A stretch of DNA of 64,000 bases from Candidatus Bathyarchaeota archaeon (GTDB lineage: Archaea > Thermoproteota > Bathyarchaeia > Bathyarchaeales > Bathycorpusculaceae), in NCBI GenBank assembly GCA_963775685.1, contig CAVZJV010000014.1, forward strand, positions 1,664,001-1,728,000. Direction: 5' to 3'. The position numbers and the translations under genes are program-made. Below, piece after piece: positions 10,567-19,543 of this stretch (the first letter of the stretch is position 1; each line of letters opens with the position of its first letter). Under the pieces are notes generated by a model. It was not told where the DNA came from. It did no database searches and worked only from the letters and a program-made list of their open reading frames with translations.

Positions 10567-10648
10567 CTTCTTTTGCTTTCTTTTCTTTTTTGCTATAATA
10601 AGATGTTTTTTTCTTTTGTTCTTCGGCAGCCTTTGGTTTTTTAGCCAT
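10556..10648 (-). CDS. Putative 30-aa lysine-rich peptide
   Basis: MAKKPKAAEEQKKKTSYYSKKEKKAKEVKK; GAGGA RBS 6 nt upstream; stop overlaps the end of the primase-like gene. Confidence 0.5.
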   Translation of the reverse strand: MAKKPKAAEEQKKKTSYYSKKEKKAKEVKK

Positions 10649-10766
10649 TAAAAATCCTCAATAACCAGTACCTGTAACTTGCATAAAAGATTTTCTAACA
10701 GGGCGATTCGACGTTGAAAGGTTTATTTGCATTCGAATCTTCGTTTATCTGTAGTGAGGCTTGTTT

Positions 10767-12146
10767 ATGGAGCAGTTTGATGTAATTGTAGTCGGTTCAG
10801 GTTCTGGAATGATAGTTGCTTCAGCCGCGGTTGAGGAGGGTTTTAAGGTAGCATTGGTTGAGCATGGAAAAATGGGCGGCACTTGCATAAACGTTGGCTG
10901 TGTACCCTCAAAGATGCTAATTTACCCTGCGGACATAATTGCCACCCTCAAAACCGCAGACCAGCTGGGCATTCACGCTGCCGTAAACTCTGTCGACTTT
11001 AGCAACATTATGAAGAGGATGCACACGCTCATTAACCATGACTCGATGCATCAAGCCGCTGCTGTAAAAGCCACGCCAGAACTGACATGGTTCCAAGAAA
11101 AAGGCGAATTCATCAGCGATTATACCATTAAAGTTGGCGTACACACAATTTCAGCGAAAATAATTTTCATTGCGTCAGGCGCTTATACCTCAATCCCGCA
11201 AGTCAAGGGCATAGAAAACACCAGTTACCTAACAAGCGAAACGGTGCTGGAACTGCAGTCGCCTCCAAAGAGCATCATCATTGTTGGGGGAGGCTACATT
11301 GGCATGGAATACGGGCATTTCTTTTCAGCCATTGGAGTAAAAACAACCATAATACAGCGACCTAACCATGTCTTGCCTGAAGAGGAGCCAGAAATCTCGA
11401 CCTTGCTCCAAACTGAGATGGAGAAGCGTATGAAGATCTTCACGGGTTACGAAGCACTTGAAGTACGGCAGGAGGACTCTCTGAAGGTGCTTGTTGCAAA
11501 AAACCGTCAAGACGATAGCACAAAGGAGTTCTCAGCTGAAGCCATAATGGTTGCCACGGGCAGAACATCCAACGCTATCAGCCTTAAACTTGAAAAGACA
11601 GGCGTAAAGCTCAATGAAAATGGTTTCATAATCGTCAACGATTACCTTGAGACCAGCAAGAAGAATATTTTCGCGTTTGGCGACGCCATTGGCAAGGCAA
11701 TGTTTAAGCATGTTGCCAACTATGAGGCAGGCATATCCTGGCACAACGCTATTCATAATCACAAGGTTAAAGTGGACTTTTCGGCGGCACCTCACGCGGT
11801 CTTTACGCATCCTCAGGTTGCCTCAGTCGGCTTAAAAGAGGAGAGAGCAATACAGCAAAACTTCAAGATTTTGGTTGGACGCGCCCAATACAAGGACACT
11901 GCTATGGGTGCTGCGCTAGGATTCCCAGAGGGCTTTGTGAAAGTCATCGTTGAGAGAGAAACAGGCAGAATTCTCGGCGCCCACATCATCGGTCCCGAAG
12001 CTTCTATTCTCATACAGGAAATTACTAACGCTATGGTTACCGAAAAAGGCGATTTCGGACCCATCGCAAGAGGCATGCACATCCATCCCGCCTTAAATGA
12101 AGTAGTGCAGAACGCCTTCGGCGATCTCCATGAACATGAGCACTAA
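10767..12146 (+). CDS. Flavoprotein disulfide reductase (dihydrolipoamide dehydrogenase/mycothione reductase-like)
   Basis: GSGSG, GGTCINVGCVPSK, GGGYIG, HIHPALNE. Confidence 0.9.
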   Translation: MEQFDVIVVGSGSGMIVASAAVEEGFKVALVEHGKMGGTCINVGCVPSKMLIYPADIIATLKTADQLGIHAAVNSVDFSNIMKRMHTLINHDSMHQAAAVKATPELTWFQEKGEFISDYTIKVGVHTISAKIIFIASGAYTSIPQVKGIENTSYLTSETVLELQSPPKSIIIVGGGYIGMEYGHFFSAIGVKTTIIQRPNHVLPEEEPEISTLLQTEMEKRMKIFTGYEALEVRQEDSLKVLVAKNRQDDSTKEFSAEAIMVATGRTSNAISLKLEKTGVKLNENGFIIVNDYLETSKKNIFAFGDAIGKAMFKHVANYEAGISWHNAIHNHKVKVDFSAAPHAVFTHPQVASVGLKEERAIQQNFKILVGRAQYKDTAMGAALGFPEGFVKVIVERETGRILGAHIIGPEASILIQEITNAMVTEKGDFGPIARGMHIHPALNEVVQNAFGDLHEHEH

Positions 12147-12204
12147 GTCAGATAATCTAAACAGTTATATTCGGCTTATCCCAAATTTTATCAGTGATCT
12201 TTTT

Positions 12205-12489
12205 ATGCAGTTCTCAAAGGTTTCTGGACAAAAAAATAACCACAAAGTTACTCTCTACGCACTTAGCACTTGTGTTTGGTGTAAAATGACAAAACAATAC
12301 TTAAAGGACAACAATGTCGAATTCGAATTTGTTGATGTTGACTTGCTAGACGATAAAGATAAGACCACCGCTCATGAGGCTATCACCACCAAGGGCGGAG
12401 TTTTAAGCTACCCAACAGCAATTGTTGATGACAAAACAGTAATCACGGGTTTCCGAAAGGATCTTCTAAAAGAGGCGCTTGATCTTTGA
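12205..12489 (+). CDS. Glutaredoxin/NrdH-like protein
   Basis: LSTCVWC, SYPT..., GF; overlaps next gene by 4 nt. Confidence 0.88.
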   Translation: MQFSKVSGQKNNHKVTLYALSTCVWCKMTKQYLKDNNVEFEFVDVDLLDDKDKTTAHEAITTKGGVLSYPTAIVDDKTVITGFRKDLLKEALDL

Positions 12490-13046
12490 CCACAATTGAG
12501 CAGACCCGAAAAAGAGCCGAAACCGACGCAAAAAGCTATGGCTACTTCCTCACTCCTCAATCTGAACTGTTGCAGATGTTTCTTGAAGGTCTAAAGACAA
12601 ATGAGGACCGATATGGCTACCCCTCATGTCCATGCAGACTAGCAACTGGCAACCTTGAGATTGACAGAGATATAATCTGCCCCTGCGACTACCGCGATCC
12701 AGACGTTGCCGAATTTGGCGCATGCTACTGCCGCCTCTACGTCAACAAAGCGGTCTTTGAGAGCCAGAAATTGCCCGAAGTTCCCGAACGTCGCCCGGAA
12801 GAGAAAATGGCACGCGCATATGGAACGCATTCCAACGAGAAAACAGGCGCAGAACAAACACAGGGAGCACCAGAAAAACCCTCATTGCCTCCGCAAGTTA
12901 AGCCTGAAGTAAAAAAGAAGTTATGGTATTGCAAACAATGCGGCTATGTGGTATACCGAGAAGACCCGCCGTACGTCTGCCCGATTTGTAAAGCTAGGAA
13001 AGAAATGTTTGCTGAAATAGAAACCAAAGTTGAATACAAAGGCTAA
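12486..13046 (+). CDS. Ferredoxin:disulfide (thioredoxin) reductase catalytic subunit with C-terminal rubredoxin-like domain
   Basis: CPC, CPC, CYC FTR motifs; WYCKQCGY...CPICKA. Confidence 0.92.
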   Translation: MTTIEQTRKRAETDAKSYGYFLTPQSELLQMFLEGLKTNEDRYGYPSCPCRLATGNLEIDRDIICPCDYRDPDVAEFGACYCRLYVNKAVFESQKLPEVPERRPEEKMARAYGTHSNEKTGAEQTQGAPEKPSLPPQVKPEVKKKLWYCKQCGYVVYREDPPYVCPICKARKEMFAEIETKVEYKG

Positions 13047-13195
13047 GTTTGATCGATTTCAATTTCAATTTTCTTCCAGTCCCCTTTTATGCCCTTCAAG
13101 GAACCCACCGCGCCTGTAATTGTTCCGCTTAGGATTCTTTCGACAAACTCGTTTAGGGGGATTTCTTTTCCGTCAACCTTCAGTTTAAAACTCAA
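13043..13195 (-). CDS. 50-aa small protein resembling the MobB C-terminal extension
   Basis: MSFKLKVDGKEIPLNEFVERILSGTITGAVGSLKGIKGDWKKIEIEIDQT (TTG start), not in ORF track. Confidence 0.65.
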   Translation of the reverse strand: MSFKLKVDGKEIPLNEFVERILSGTITGAVGSLKGIKGDWKKIEIEIDQT

Positions 13196-13272
13196 ACAAT
13201 GCACCCGAATTGTTCTTTATTGAATAGGAAAAGAAAAGTTTTTCCTTTGAGAAAATAAAGTTTTAGATCCTG

Positions 13273-13413
13273 TTAGGCCTTCTGGATTGAGTCATGATTT
13301 TTCATGTTGTTTTTGGCGTTCATTTCTTTCTTCCTTGTCAAAGTGTATTTTACCAGGGCGAAAGTTAGGAAGGCTAAACCGAATGCTTCCATGATTAGAG
13401 CGGTTTCTTCCAT
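13273..13413 (-). CDS. 46-aa single-TM peptide
   Basis: MEETALIMEAFGLAFLTFALVKYTLTRKK...; start coupled (TAATG) to upstream micro-ORF. Confidence 0.5.
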   Translation of the reverse strand: MEETALIMEAFGLAFLTFALVKYTLTRKKEMNAKNNMKNHDSIQKA

Positions 13414-13496
13414 TATTTCGGTTCCGCCTTCAGGGTTTTTTCGACGCCTTTGATTGTTTGAGGGCATTTTACAGATTTAGAGAGTTCTTCACTCAT
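13413..13496 (-). CDS. 27-aa micro-ORF
   Basis: MSEELSKSVKCPQTIKGVEKTLKAEPK; AGGTGG RBS; TATA box at 13537-13546. Confidence 0.4.
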   Translation of the reverse strand: MSEELSKSVKCPQTIKGVEKTLKAEPK

Positions 13497-13561
13497 TTTC
13501 TACCACCTTTTTTGTTATTACTGTAGTATGTTCAATAAAATATAAACATAGTTAAGATTTA

Positions 13562-13578
13562 TTCATAAAACTTATGAA
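13562..13578. promoter_or_regulatory. Palindromic operator TTCATAA-N3-TTATGAA, copy 1
   Basis: TTCATAAAACTTATGAA, 15 nt upstream of minus-strand TATA (TTTATATTTT). Confidence 0.7.
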
Positions 13579-13711
13579 TTATTGTGAAAGTTACAAGTAG
13601 TCTGTCAAGACACAAAAATTTTCCAACAAAAGGTCATAGGAAAAATAATCCCTGCCGTATCCATTTAAAGTTTTTAAAAAAAACACCGTTAAAAACAAAA
13701 ACCGGGACTTG

Positions 13712-13849
13712 TTAAGATGGAGTTTGATCTGAGGAACTTTGGTTGCTTAGCTTCTTCGCCAAATATATTGTACTGAAGAAGAATACGAAGACTATTGCAA
13801 GCGAACTTAAGCCGAAAATTCTTAAAATTTGGACTGTTGATAGTATCAT
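13712..13849 (-). CDS. 45-aa single-TM peptide
   Basis: MILSTVQILRIFGLSSLAIVFVFFFSTIYLAKKLSNQSSSDQTPS; TATA at 13894-13903. Confidence 0.5.
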   Translation of the reverse strand: MILSTVQILRIFGLSSLAIVFVFFFSTIYLAKKLSNQSSSDQTPS

Positions 13850-13918
13850 TTGTCTATCAAGCCTTTTTGGTTAAAATAATTAATGTGTCTAACAAAATAT
13901 AAATATGTTTGAGAACCG

Positions 13919-13935
13919 TTCATAATAGTTATGAA
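13919..13935. promoter_or_regulatory. Palindromic operator TTCATAA-N3-TTATGAA, copy 2
   Basis: TTCATAATAGTTATGAA, again 15 nt upstream of an identical TTTATATTTT box. Confidence 0.7.
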
Positions 13936-13978
13936 ATTATGTCCATATGCCCAGTTAATTTCAAATACAAGTAAACAA

Positions 13979-14536
13979 TTATGCTCTTAACGCGCCAGAT
14001 TTAATTGTAACTCTTAATTTAGTCAAGTTCTCTTTCAGCTCTGCCTTAACACCCATAGCAGAAAAGTATTCCTCCAGGAAAATCCTTATGAAATCCTTGG
14101 AAACCTCCGAAACCAACACCAGCGTGAAGTCATTGGGGCCGTTCTTTGTTAGGCGATAAAAGTTGCAGACTTCAAGTCTGGACAGCATTTCTTCTGGAGA
14201 ATGTATCTTTGTTTTTAACTGTTCCCAGTGAGCTCGTGCGACTTCTTTGTGCTCAGCCCAGAATCTTTCTTTTTCTGGCGAGGAAGTGATCAGGCGGAGG
14301 AACATGAGCCAGTGGTCCACATCTAGGATTATGTGTTCACCTGACGGGAGCATGTCAAGGTAGGCGTGGATTTTCTTCTTAGTGACTGGGTCTTCGAGGG
14401 CTTTGTTTTCATTGTAGAATTTTAAGGCTCGGCGCATGGTTTCGCTTTGTGAGACTTGGGCTTCGGCGCTTATTTTTTCTAGCAAGTCAGCTGTTGTTTT
14501 GTCAAAGGCAACAGTTATTCTTGTAGGGCTCACCAT
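13979..14536 (-). CDS. CopG/ribbon-helix-helix transcriptional regulator with C-terminal sensor-like domain
   Basis: RITVAFDKTT..LLEKI....SQSETMRRAL RHH; GEHIILDVDHW motif. Confidence 0.8.
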   Translation of the reverse strand: MVSPTRITVAFDKTTADLLEKISAEAQVSQSETMRRALKFYNENKALEDPVTKKKIHAYLDMLPSGEHIILDVDHWLMFLRLITSSPEKERFWAEHKEVARAHWEQLKTKIHSPEEMLSRLEVCNFYRLTKNGPNDFTLVLVSEVSKDFIRIFLEEYFSAMGVKAELKENLTKLRVTIKSGALRA

Positions 14537-14560
14537 GTTTCCACTTAACACTTTTTACAC

Positions 14561-14580
14561 ATTTTCAACTTATTGAAAAT
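14561..14580. promoter_or_regulatory. Palindrome ATTTTCAA-CTTA-TTGAAAAT between TATA box and RHH start
   Basis: 8-bp inverted arms abutting the minus-strand TTTATATA (14581-14588). Confidence 0.45.
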
Positions 14581-14750
14581 TATATAAACATTACGCAGTC
14601 AAATGCAAGCTTTCATTTAGCAGGTTTATACTTCATCAAAATATTTCTAAACAATTGTTTAGTATACAAAAGCATCGCCTGAACTCATTAAAATCTTTTT
14701 TAGAGACAACCAACCAGTATAAATCAACAGGCTTTTAGGAGAATAACAAC

Positions 14751-15410
14751 TTGAAAACACCGAAAGTATTTCTCGAACCTAAACAAAAAACCCAAAAAAT
14801 AATTGAACTTCTTGAAAAACAGTACCCAAACGCGAAAACTGCCCTAAACTACACCTCTCCTCTAGAAATTCTGGTCGCAACCATGCTCTCTGCGCAAACA
14901 ACCGACGTACAAGTCAACAATGTAACACAAAAACTCTTCATAAAATATCGAACCCCCCAGGACTATGCCAACACCAACATAAAAGAACTGGAACAAGATA
15001 TCCACTCAACAGGCTTCTACCACAACAAAGCAAAAAACCTCCAAAACTGCTGCCGGCTTCTCGTAGAAAAGTTTCATTCTCAGGTCCCAAAAACGATGGA
15101 TGAGTTGCTGGAACTTCCGGGCGTGGCAAGGAAAACCGCTAACATTGTACTCTACAACGCTTTCGGCACCGTCGCCGGTATAGCGGTTGACACCCATGTA
15201 CGCAGGTTGTCTGAGAGGCTTGGATTAACTGAGAAAAAAGACCAAGACAAAATAGAACAAGACCTAATGCAAATCACACCTAAGTCGAAGTGGATGGAAC
15301 TTACTGACCTACTGATTTTCCACGGAAGACAAGTCTGCACCGCAAAAAAACCCAAATGTGAAATATGCGTCCTCAACAAGATTTGCCCTTCAGCCTTCAC
15401 TTTTGGTTAG
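14751..15410 (+). CDS. nth: Endonuclease III
   Basis: LSAQTTD, LPGVARKTAN HhH, VDTHV, CxxxxxxCxxCxxxxxC. Confidence 0.97.
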   Translation: MKTPKVFLEPKQKTQKIIELLEKQYPNAKTALNYTSPLEILVATMLSAQTTDVQVNNVTQKLFIKYRTPQDYANTNIKELEQDIHSTGFYHNKAKNLQNCCRLLVEKFHSQVPKTMDELLELPGVARKTANIVLYNAFGTVAGIAVDTHVRRLSERLGLTEKKDQDKIEQDLMQITPKSKWMELTDLLIFHGRQVCTAKKPKCEICVLNKICPSAFTFG

Positions 15411-15465
15411 GCACTAGCCATTTATACACGCGTTAACTTTTCTTTTTATAACAAGGACTGATTTT

Positions 15466-15945
15466 ATGATAAACCAATTTAAAATCGGAGACAAGGCGCC
15501 TGATTTCACGTTGCCAGATACTGAGAGGAAACAGCGGAGCCTCAGCGAGTTCTTGGGAAAAAAAGTGGTTTTAGCGTTCTACGTGGGTGCTTTCACTTCA
15601 ACCTGCACCAAGGAAGTTTGTGAGTTCCGCGATTCTATGGCACGACTAGTTGATTTAAACGCCCAAGTCATCGGAGTCAGCGTCAACGACCCCTTCTCGA
15701 ACAGGGCGTTTGCAGAAAAAAACCGTTTGCCTTTCTCTCTACTTAGCGACTATAACCGAAAAGTCATCAAGCAATGGGATCTGGAGCTGGAAGATTTTGC
15801 TGGCCTAAAAGGCTACACAGTTGCTAAACGTTCAATCTTCATACTCGACGAACAAGGCATAGTGCGCTACATCTGGATTTCGGAAGACCCATCAGTTGAA
15901 CCAAAATACGAAGAAATACAAAAAGCCCTAGAACAAATTCCATAG
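15466..15945 (+). CDS. Peroxiredoxin (BCP/AhpE-like)
   Basis: [26 protein letters not shown]. Confidence 0.92.
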   Translation: MINQFKIGDKAPDFTLPDTERKQRSLSEFLGKKVVLAFYVGAFTSTCTKEVCEFRDSMARLVDLNAQVIGVSVNDPFSNRAFAEKNRLPFSLLSDYNRKVIKQWDLELEDFAGLKGYTVAKRSIFILDEQGIVRYIWISEDPSVEPKYEEIQKALEQIP

Positions 15946-15946
15946 C

Positions 15947-16548
15947 CTAAGGCTTCTTTTCCATAAGCATAGTGAAGAAAAAACGGATGACTCCATCACC
16001 TTTCAGCGAAAAATAATCTCTTACCTCATCCAACCCAAAGAACCCTGTAAAGAAGCCAACTAACTGCTCCCGTGTGAAGTGATTCCATCCCGGTCCGTTC
16101 CTGTAACTAAAACACGTAAGCATGTAAGCACCGCCTTCTCGAAGGACACGGTGCACGCCCGCTATGAATTTAGCGCGCTCTTCAACCTCAACATGGTGGA
16201 AGCACCGCATTTCAAAAATGAAATCGAATTCTTCATCGCTAAAGGACAAGTCGATAAAGCTCTCGGATAAAAAGGTGATATTCACTTTAGCGCGGTATGC
16301 TTTTTTCTTGCCAATTTTGAGGGCGGTTTTGGAGATATCGATGCCCTTTACTTCGAAGTTGTTTTGGGCTAAATAGACGGGTGTTGGTTGCTACAACGCA
16401 ACAAAGGTCTAAGACGTTGCCTTTTTGGCAAGAGCCTTTTTTCCATGTATTCGACCAGTATGGGACGGGGTTTGCCAAGTTCCCAGCCTATCTCTTCAAG
16501 CGGATACCGACGATAGTACTCATCCCACCTCCCATAATCAGAACCCAT
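15947..16548 (-). pseudogene. Class I SAM-dependent methyltransferase, frameshifted
   Basis: WDEYY...WELGKP...LDLCC...GIDIS...CFHH reconstructs only after removing an extra A (~16425) and an extra C (~16380); motif I also degenerate (CCVVAT instead of CCGxG). Confidence 0.7.
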
Positions 16549-16708
16549 AAAACCACACAGGGCTAAACGATTACGGAAAATTTTAATATACCTTCCAAAA
16601 AGCCGTATAGCTTCGAGAGTTAAAAGGTGAAATACCGTTTTTTTAGCGCAAAAAGTTATTAGGCTTAGATAAAAGATAATTTGGTGTTCAGATTGGTGGA
16701 TTTATTTA

Positions 16709-17572
16709 GTGTCTTTTGAAATCCAAGAATTACCCGATGTTATCCGAATTATTGTTCTGTTAAATCTCACCAAAGGCGCCAAAATAAAAAAAATAACCCT
16801 CAAAAAAAGGCTCGACCGTGTCTGCGCCAGCTACGCCTGCATCGAGATGAGTGAACTCGATAAAGCGTTAACAGAAATGGCCACTGAAGGGCTCATCATT
16901 GAAAAAACTGGCGTAGTTCAGTTGACAGCTCAGGGTCAAAAGCTGGGCAAGGAATGGGAAATCCTTCTACTTAAGAAGGAGCCCATCATGGAGATAGTTG
17001 CTGGCTTGGTTGATGGCTCAATAACCAGCTTAGTTGTTATTCTTTCTGCTTTTATAGCCTCCTTGACAGGTACCCAAACGTTACTAGGTGATCCCAGAAC
17101 GCTCATTTTCGCTGCTTTGCTTACATTGAGTGCCGTAGCGATAACGGGCTTTTCAAGTTTTCTGCTTGGCGGAATCACCTCAGATTTAGCCGACATCATG
17201 ACGCTGCAGAACTTGATGAATTACAGCTTAAGCGACATACCGGATAAGAAAGAACGCGACAAGTCACTGCTGCTTGTCCAGAAACTATTCACTTTACTCA
17301 GCAAACAAATACATAGGTCTAACCTTTACGGCGCAACCATATCTGGAGTAACAACTTTTGTAGCAGGCATTATTCCAATAGCAACTTACCTTGTTCTTCC
17401 TCCTTTCTACAACATTGCGATATCGCTTGGTGAAGTCGTTGTTATTTCAGGCGTATTTCTAGCCCGATACCGTTCAAAGAAGACAAGGGTGAATTGGAAA
17501 GTAACGCTCGCCGAAACCGTGGCCATCGTAATGATCGCGACAGTTGTCTCTTTGCTGCTGGGTGTAATATAA
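16709..17572 (+). CDS. Membrane protein: N-terminal winged-helix-like domain + VIT1/CCC1-like TM domain
   Basis: LTEMATEGLI...VQLTAQG wHTH signature; IVAGLVDGSIT resembles VIT1 TM1; ~5 TM helices. Confidence 0.6.
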   Translation: MSFEIQELPDVIRIIVLLNLTKGAKIKKITLKKRLDRVCASYACIEMSELDKALTEMATEGLIIEKTGVVQLTAQGQKLGKEWEILLLKKEPIMEIVAGLVDGSITSLVVILSAFIASLTGTQTLLGDPRTLIFAALLTLSAVAITGFSSFLLGGITSDLADIMTLQNLMNYSLSDIPDKKERDKSLLLVQKLFTLLSKQIHRSNLYGATISGVTTFVAGIIPIATYLVLPPFYNIAISLGEVVVISGVFLARYRSKKTRVNWKVTLAETVAIVMIATVVSLLLGVI

Positions 17573-17576
17573 CCCG

Positions 17577-18002
17577 CTAAGGTAAACGGTGGTGTTCAAC
17601 CATCAAACACTTGTCCATGACCACAACCAATCCAGCTTTTTTTGCCGCTTCAGCCGCCGCCTCGTTAACTATCCCCTGCTGCATCCAGACCACAAATTGT
17701 CTGCCGAACTTGGTTTTTATTTGGATTGCTTGCTCAACGATCGGCGGCACATCCGCAGGTTTCCTAAATATATCTACGATGTCTATAGTTTTCTGGAGTT
17801 GCTCAGGAATGCTAAGTAGGCTTTTGTAGCTTTTCTCACCTAAAATCTCACGCGCAAGGGGGTTTACGGGTATGACACGGTAACCGTGGTGTTTTAGGTA
17901 GAGGCTTACTCCGAAGCTGTGTTTTTGCGGCTCGGGGGATAAACCAACAACCACTATCGTTTTAGCTTTCTGCAGAAAATCGCTTATTTCATTTTGCGCC
18001 AA
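17577..18002 (-). CDS. CoA-binding protein (YccU family)
   Basis: VVGLS, GYRVIPVNP, DIVDIFR, WMQQG, DKC. Confidence 0.92.
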   Translation of the reverse strand: MAQNEISDFLQKAKTIVVVGLSPEPQKHSFGVSLYLKHHGYRVIPVNPLAREILGEKSYKSLLSIPEQLQKTIDIVDIFRKPADVPPIVEQAIQIKTKFGRQFVVWMQQGIVNEAAAEAAKKAGLVVVMDKCLMVEHHRLP

Positions 18003-18021
18003 AGAATTTTCCCCTAAGAAG

Positions 18022-18955
18022 TTATTGGGCTTCGCTGAGTTTCAAATCAAAAAAATGCTCTCGCCCATTTCGTACAGCAAAAATCCTGACTGACTCACCC
18101 ACTTTCCGCTTATGAACCTCGGCGACCAAATCTTCAATCCTACCCAAATTCACATCGTTGATTTGCGGGATTATATCTCCATCGCCCAATCCTGCAGCTT
18201 CAGCGGAGCTCCCATCAGTCACTTTGGTTACAAAAACGCCTCGGTTAACCGGTAGATTGTAGTACCGCGCAATCTCCATAGTTATGTTCAGACCCACTAT
18301 GCCCAGCTCAGGTGTTTTTGTGTCGCCTTCATTTAGTATGTCATTTGCGCAGCTTTTCGCGGAGTTTATGGGTATCGCAAACCCAATACCTTGCGCATAG
18401 GGGATGATTGCGGTGTTGATAACGACGACTTTGCCAGTCACATCAACTATTGGTCCACCACTGTTGCCAGGGTTAATTGAGGCATCGGTTTGTACAAGGT
18501 TCTCAATCAAACCTCGTTCTGGCTCGATTGTGCGGTTTATGGCGCTGACAACTCCTGAGGTCACGCTTGGATCCCCAGCTAAACCCAAACGGGTTGCCAA
18601 TCGCTTAAACCCTCTGCCCAACCCTGAGACTTTCGGGGTCGCCCAATTGAGCGGATTGCAAGTCTTTTTCCTTGACTTTTATAACGGCGATGTCGTGAAT
18701 TGCACATGACCCTGCTATGGTGCCTTCGAGGACTTGATTGTTCCAAAGGGTGATGTTGATTTTCTCTGCTCCGCCTATCACATGGTTATTAGTTAAAATT
18801 AGACCACTTTCGTCGATTATTGTACCTGAACCCATCCCCCCCACGGGTACGACTTGATAGAAGATGCTATGAACTAGTTTTACCGTGCTTATGTTGACAA
18901 CACATCTACTTACTTTTTCAATTGTATCTAAGACCGCGTTCTCATCGTAGGACAT
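18022..18955 (-). pseudogene. HtrA/DegP-like serine protease with PDZ, interrupted
   Basis: GSG...TNNHV, QTDASINPGNSGGP, PDZ; in-frame TAA at GQRV*AIGNPFG and a +1 frameshift ~20 nt further on. Confidence 0.8.
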
Positions 18956-19008
18956 AGGGTTTCCTCAACACAGGTAAAACGCCGTTTTTAATAAGTCTTA
19001 ATTACAGC

Positions 19009-19398
19009 TTATTCTTTGCAGAAGAAACAGTTCTCCGCCCAACTCTGGGGCATTTCTTTCCGGCAGTGATTACACATTAAACCTTCTTCTCGAATAACCT
19101 GGCATGTTTTGCAGAAAAGCCTGAGGAGCGCTTTTTTGTTGTCAGGCTGTTTTATGAGGTGGATAACCATTTGTTCAATCAGGGTTACAACTTCGGTTGC
19201 GCCTTCAATATCTATCAGATTGCCTCGTTCCCTTCCAACATACCTGCTGACTGCGGACTGGGATAAGCCCAAGAGGTCTGCGGTTTGTTTTTCGTTTAAG
19301 CCATGTTTTTCCACGATAGATCTCGCCATTATCGCCTTTACTGCTGGCAGGACTGTTTTTACTCCCACTTCACACGGTAGTATCAAGTTGTGCACCAA
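19009..19398 (-). CDS. Cys-rich HTH transcriptional regulator (COG2522-like)
   Basis: LPCE...VLPAVK...LLGLSQSAVSRY...RG; CxxC, CxxC, CxxC tail. Confidence 0.82.
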   Translation of the reverse strand: MVHNLILPCEVGVKTVLPAVKAIMARSIVEKHGLNEKQTADLLGLSQSAVSRYVGRERGNLIDIEGATEVVTLIEQMVIHLIKQPDNKKALLRLFCKTCQVIREEGLMCNHCRKEMPQSWAENCFFCKE

Positions 19399-19440
19399 TT
19401 AGAGTTATTTCTGGGGAAAACATATTTAAATATGCCGCAT

Positions 19441-19455
19441 GTCATAATTTATGAC
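19441..19455. promoter_or_regulatory. Palindrome GTCATAA-T-TTATGAC in divergent promoter
   Basis: Perfect 7-bp arms between two divergently transcribed regulator genes. Confidence 0.6.
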
Positions 19456-19543
19456 GCGTGTCAAAACGGGTAGCAACAAAAAACAATTTTACATCAACTC
19501 ACACAACCCGTTTAAACATACGCAAAAAAGGAGAATAAAAAAA

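Noticed and set aside
18605-18607. In-frame stop in HtrA as possible recoding
   Set aside because: The codon is TAA, not TGA/TAG, and a frameshift follows; mutation or sequencing error is more likely
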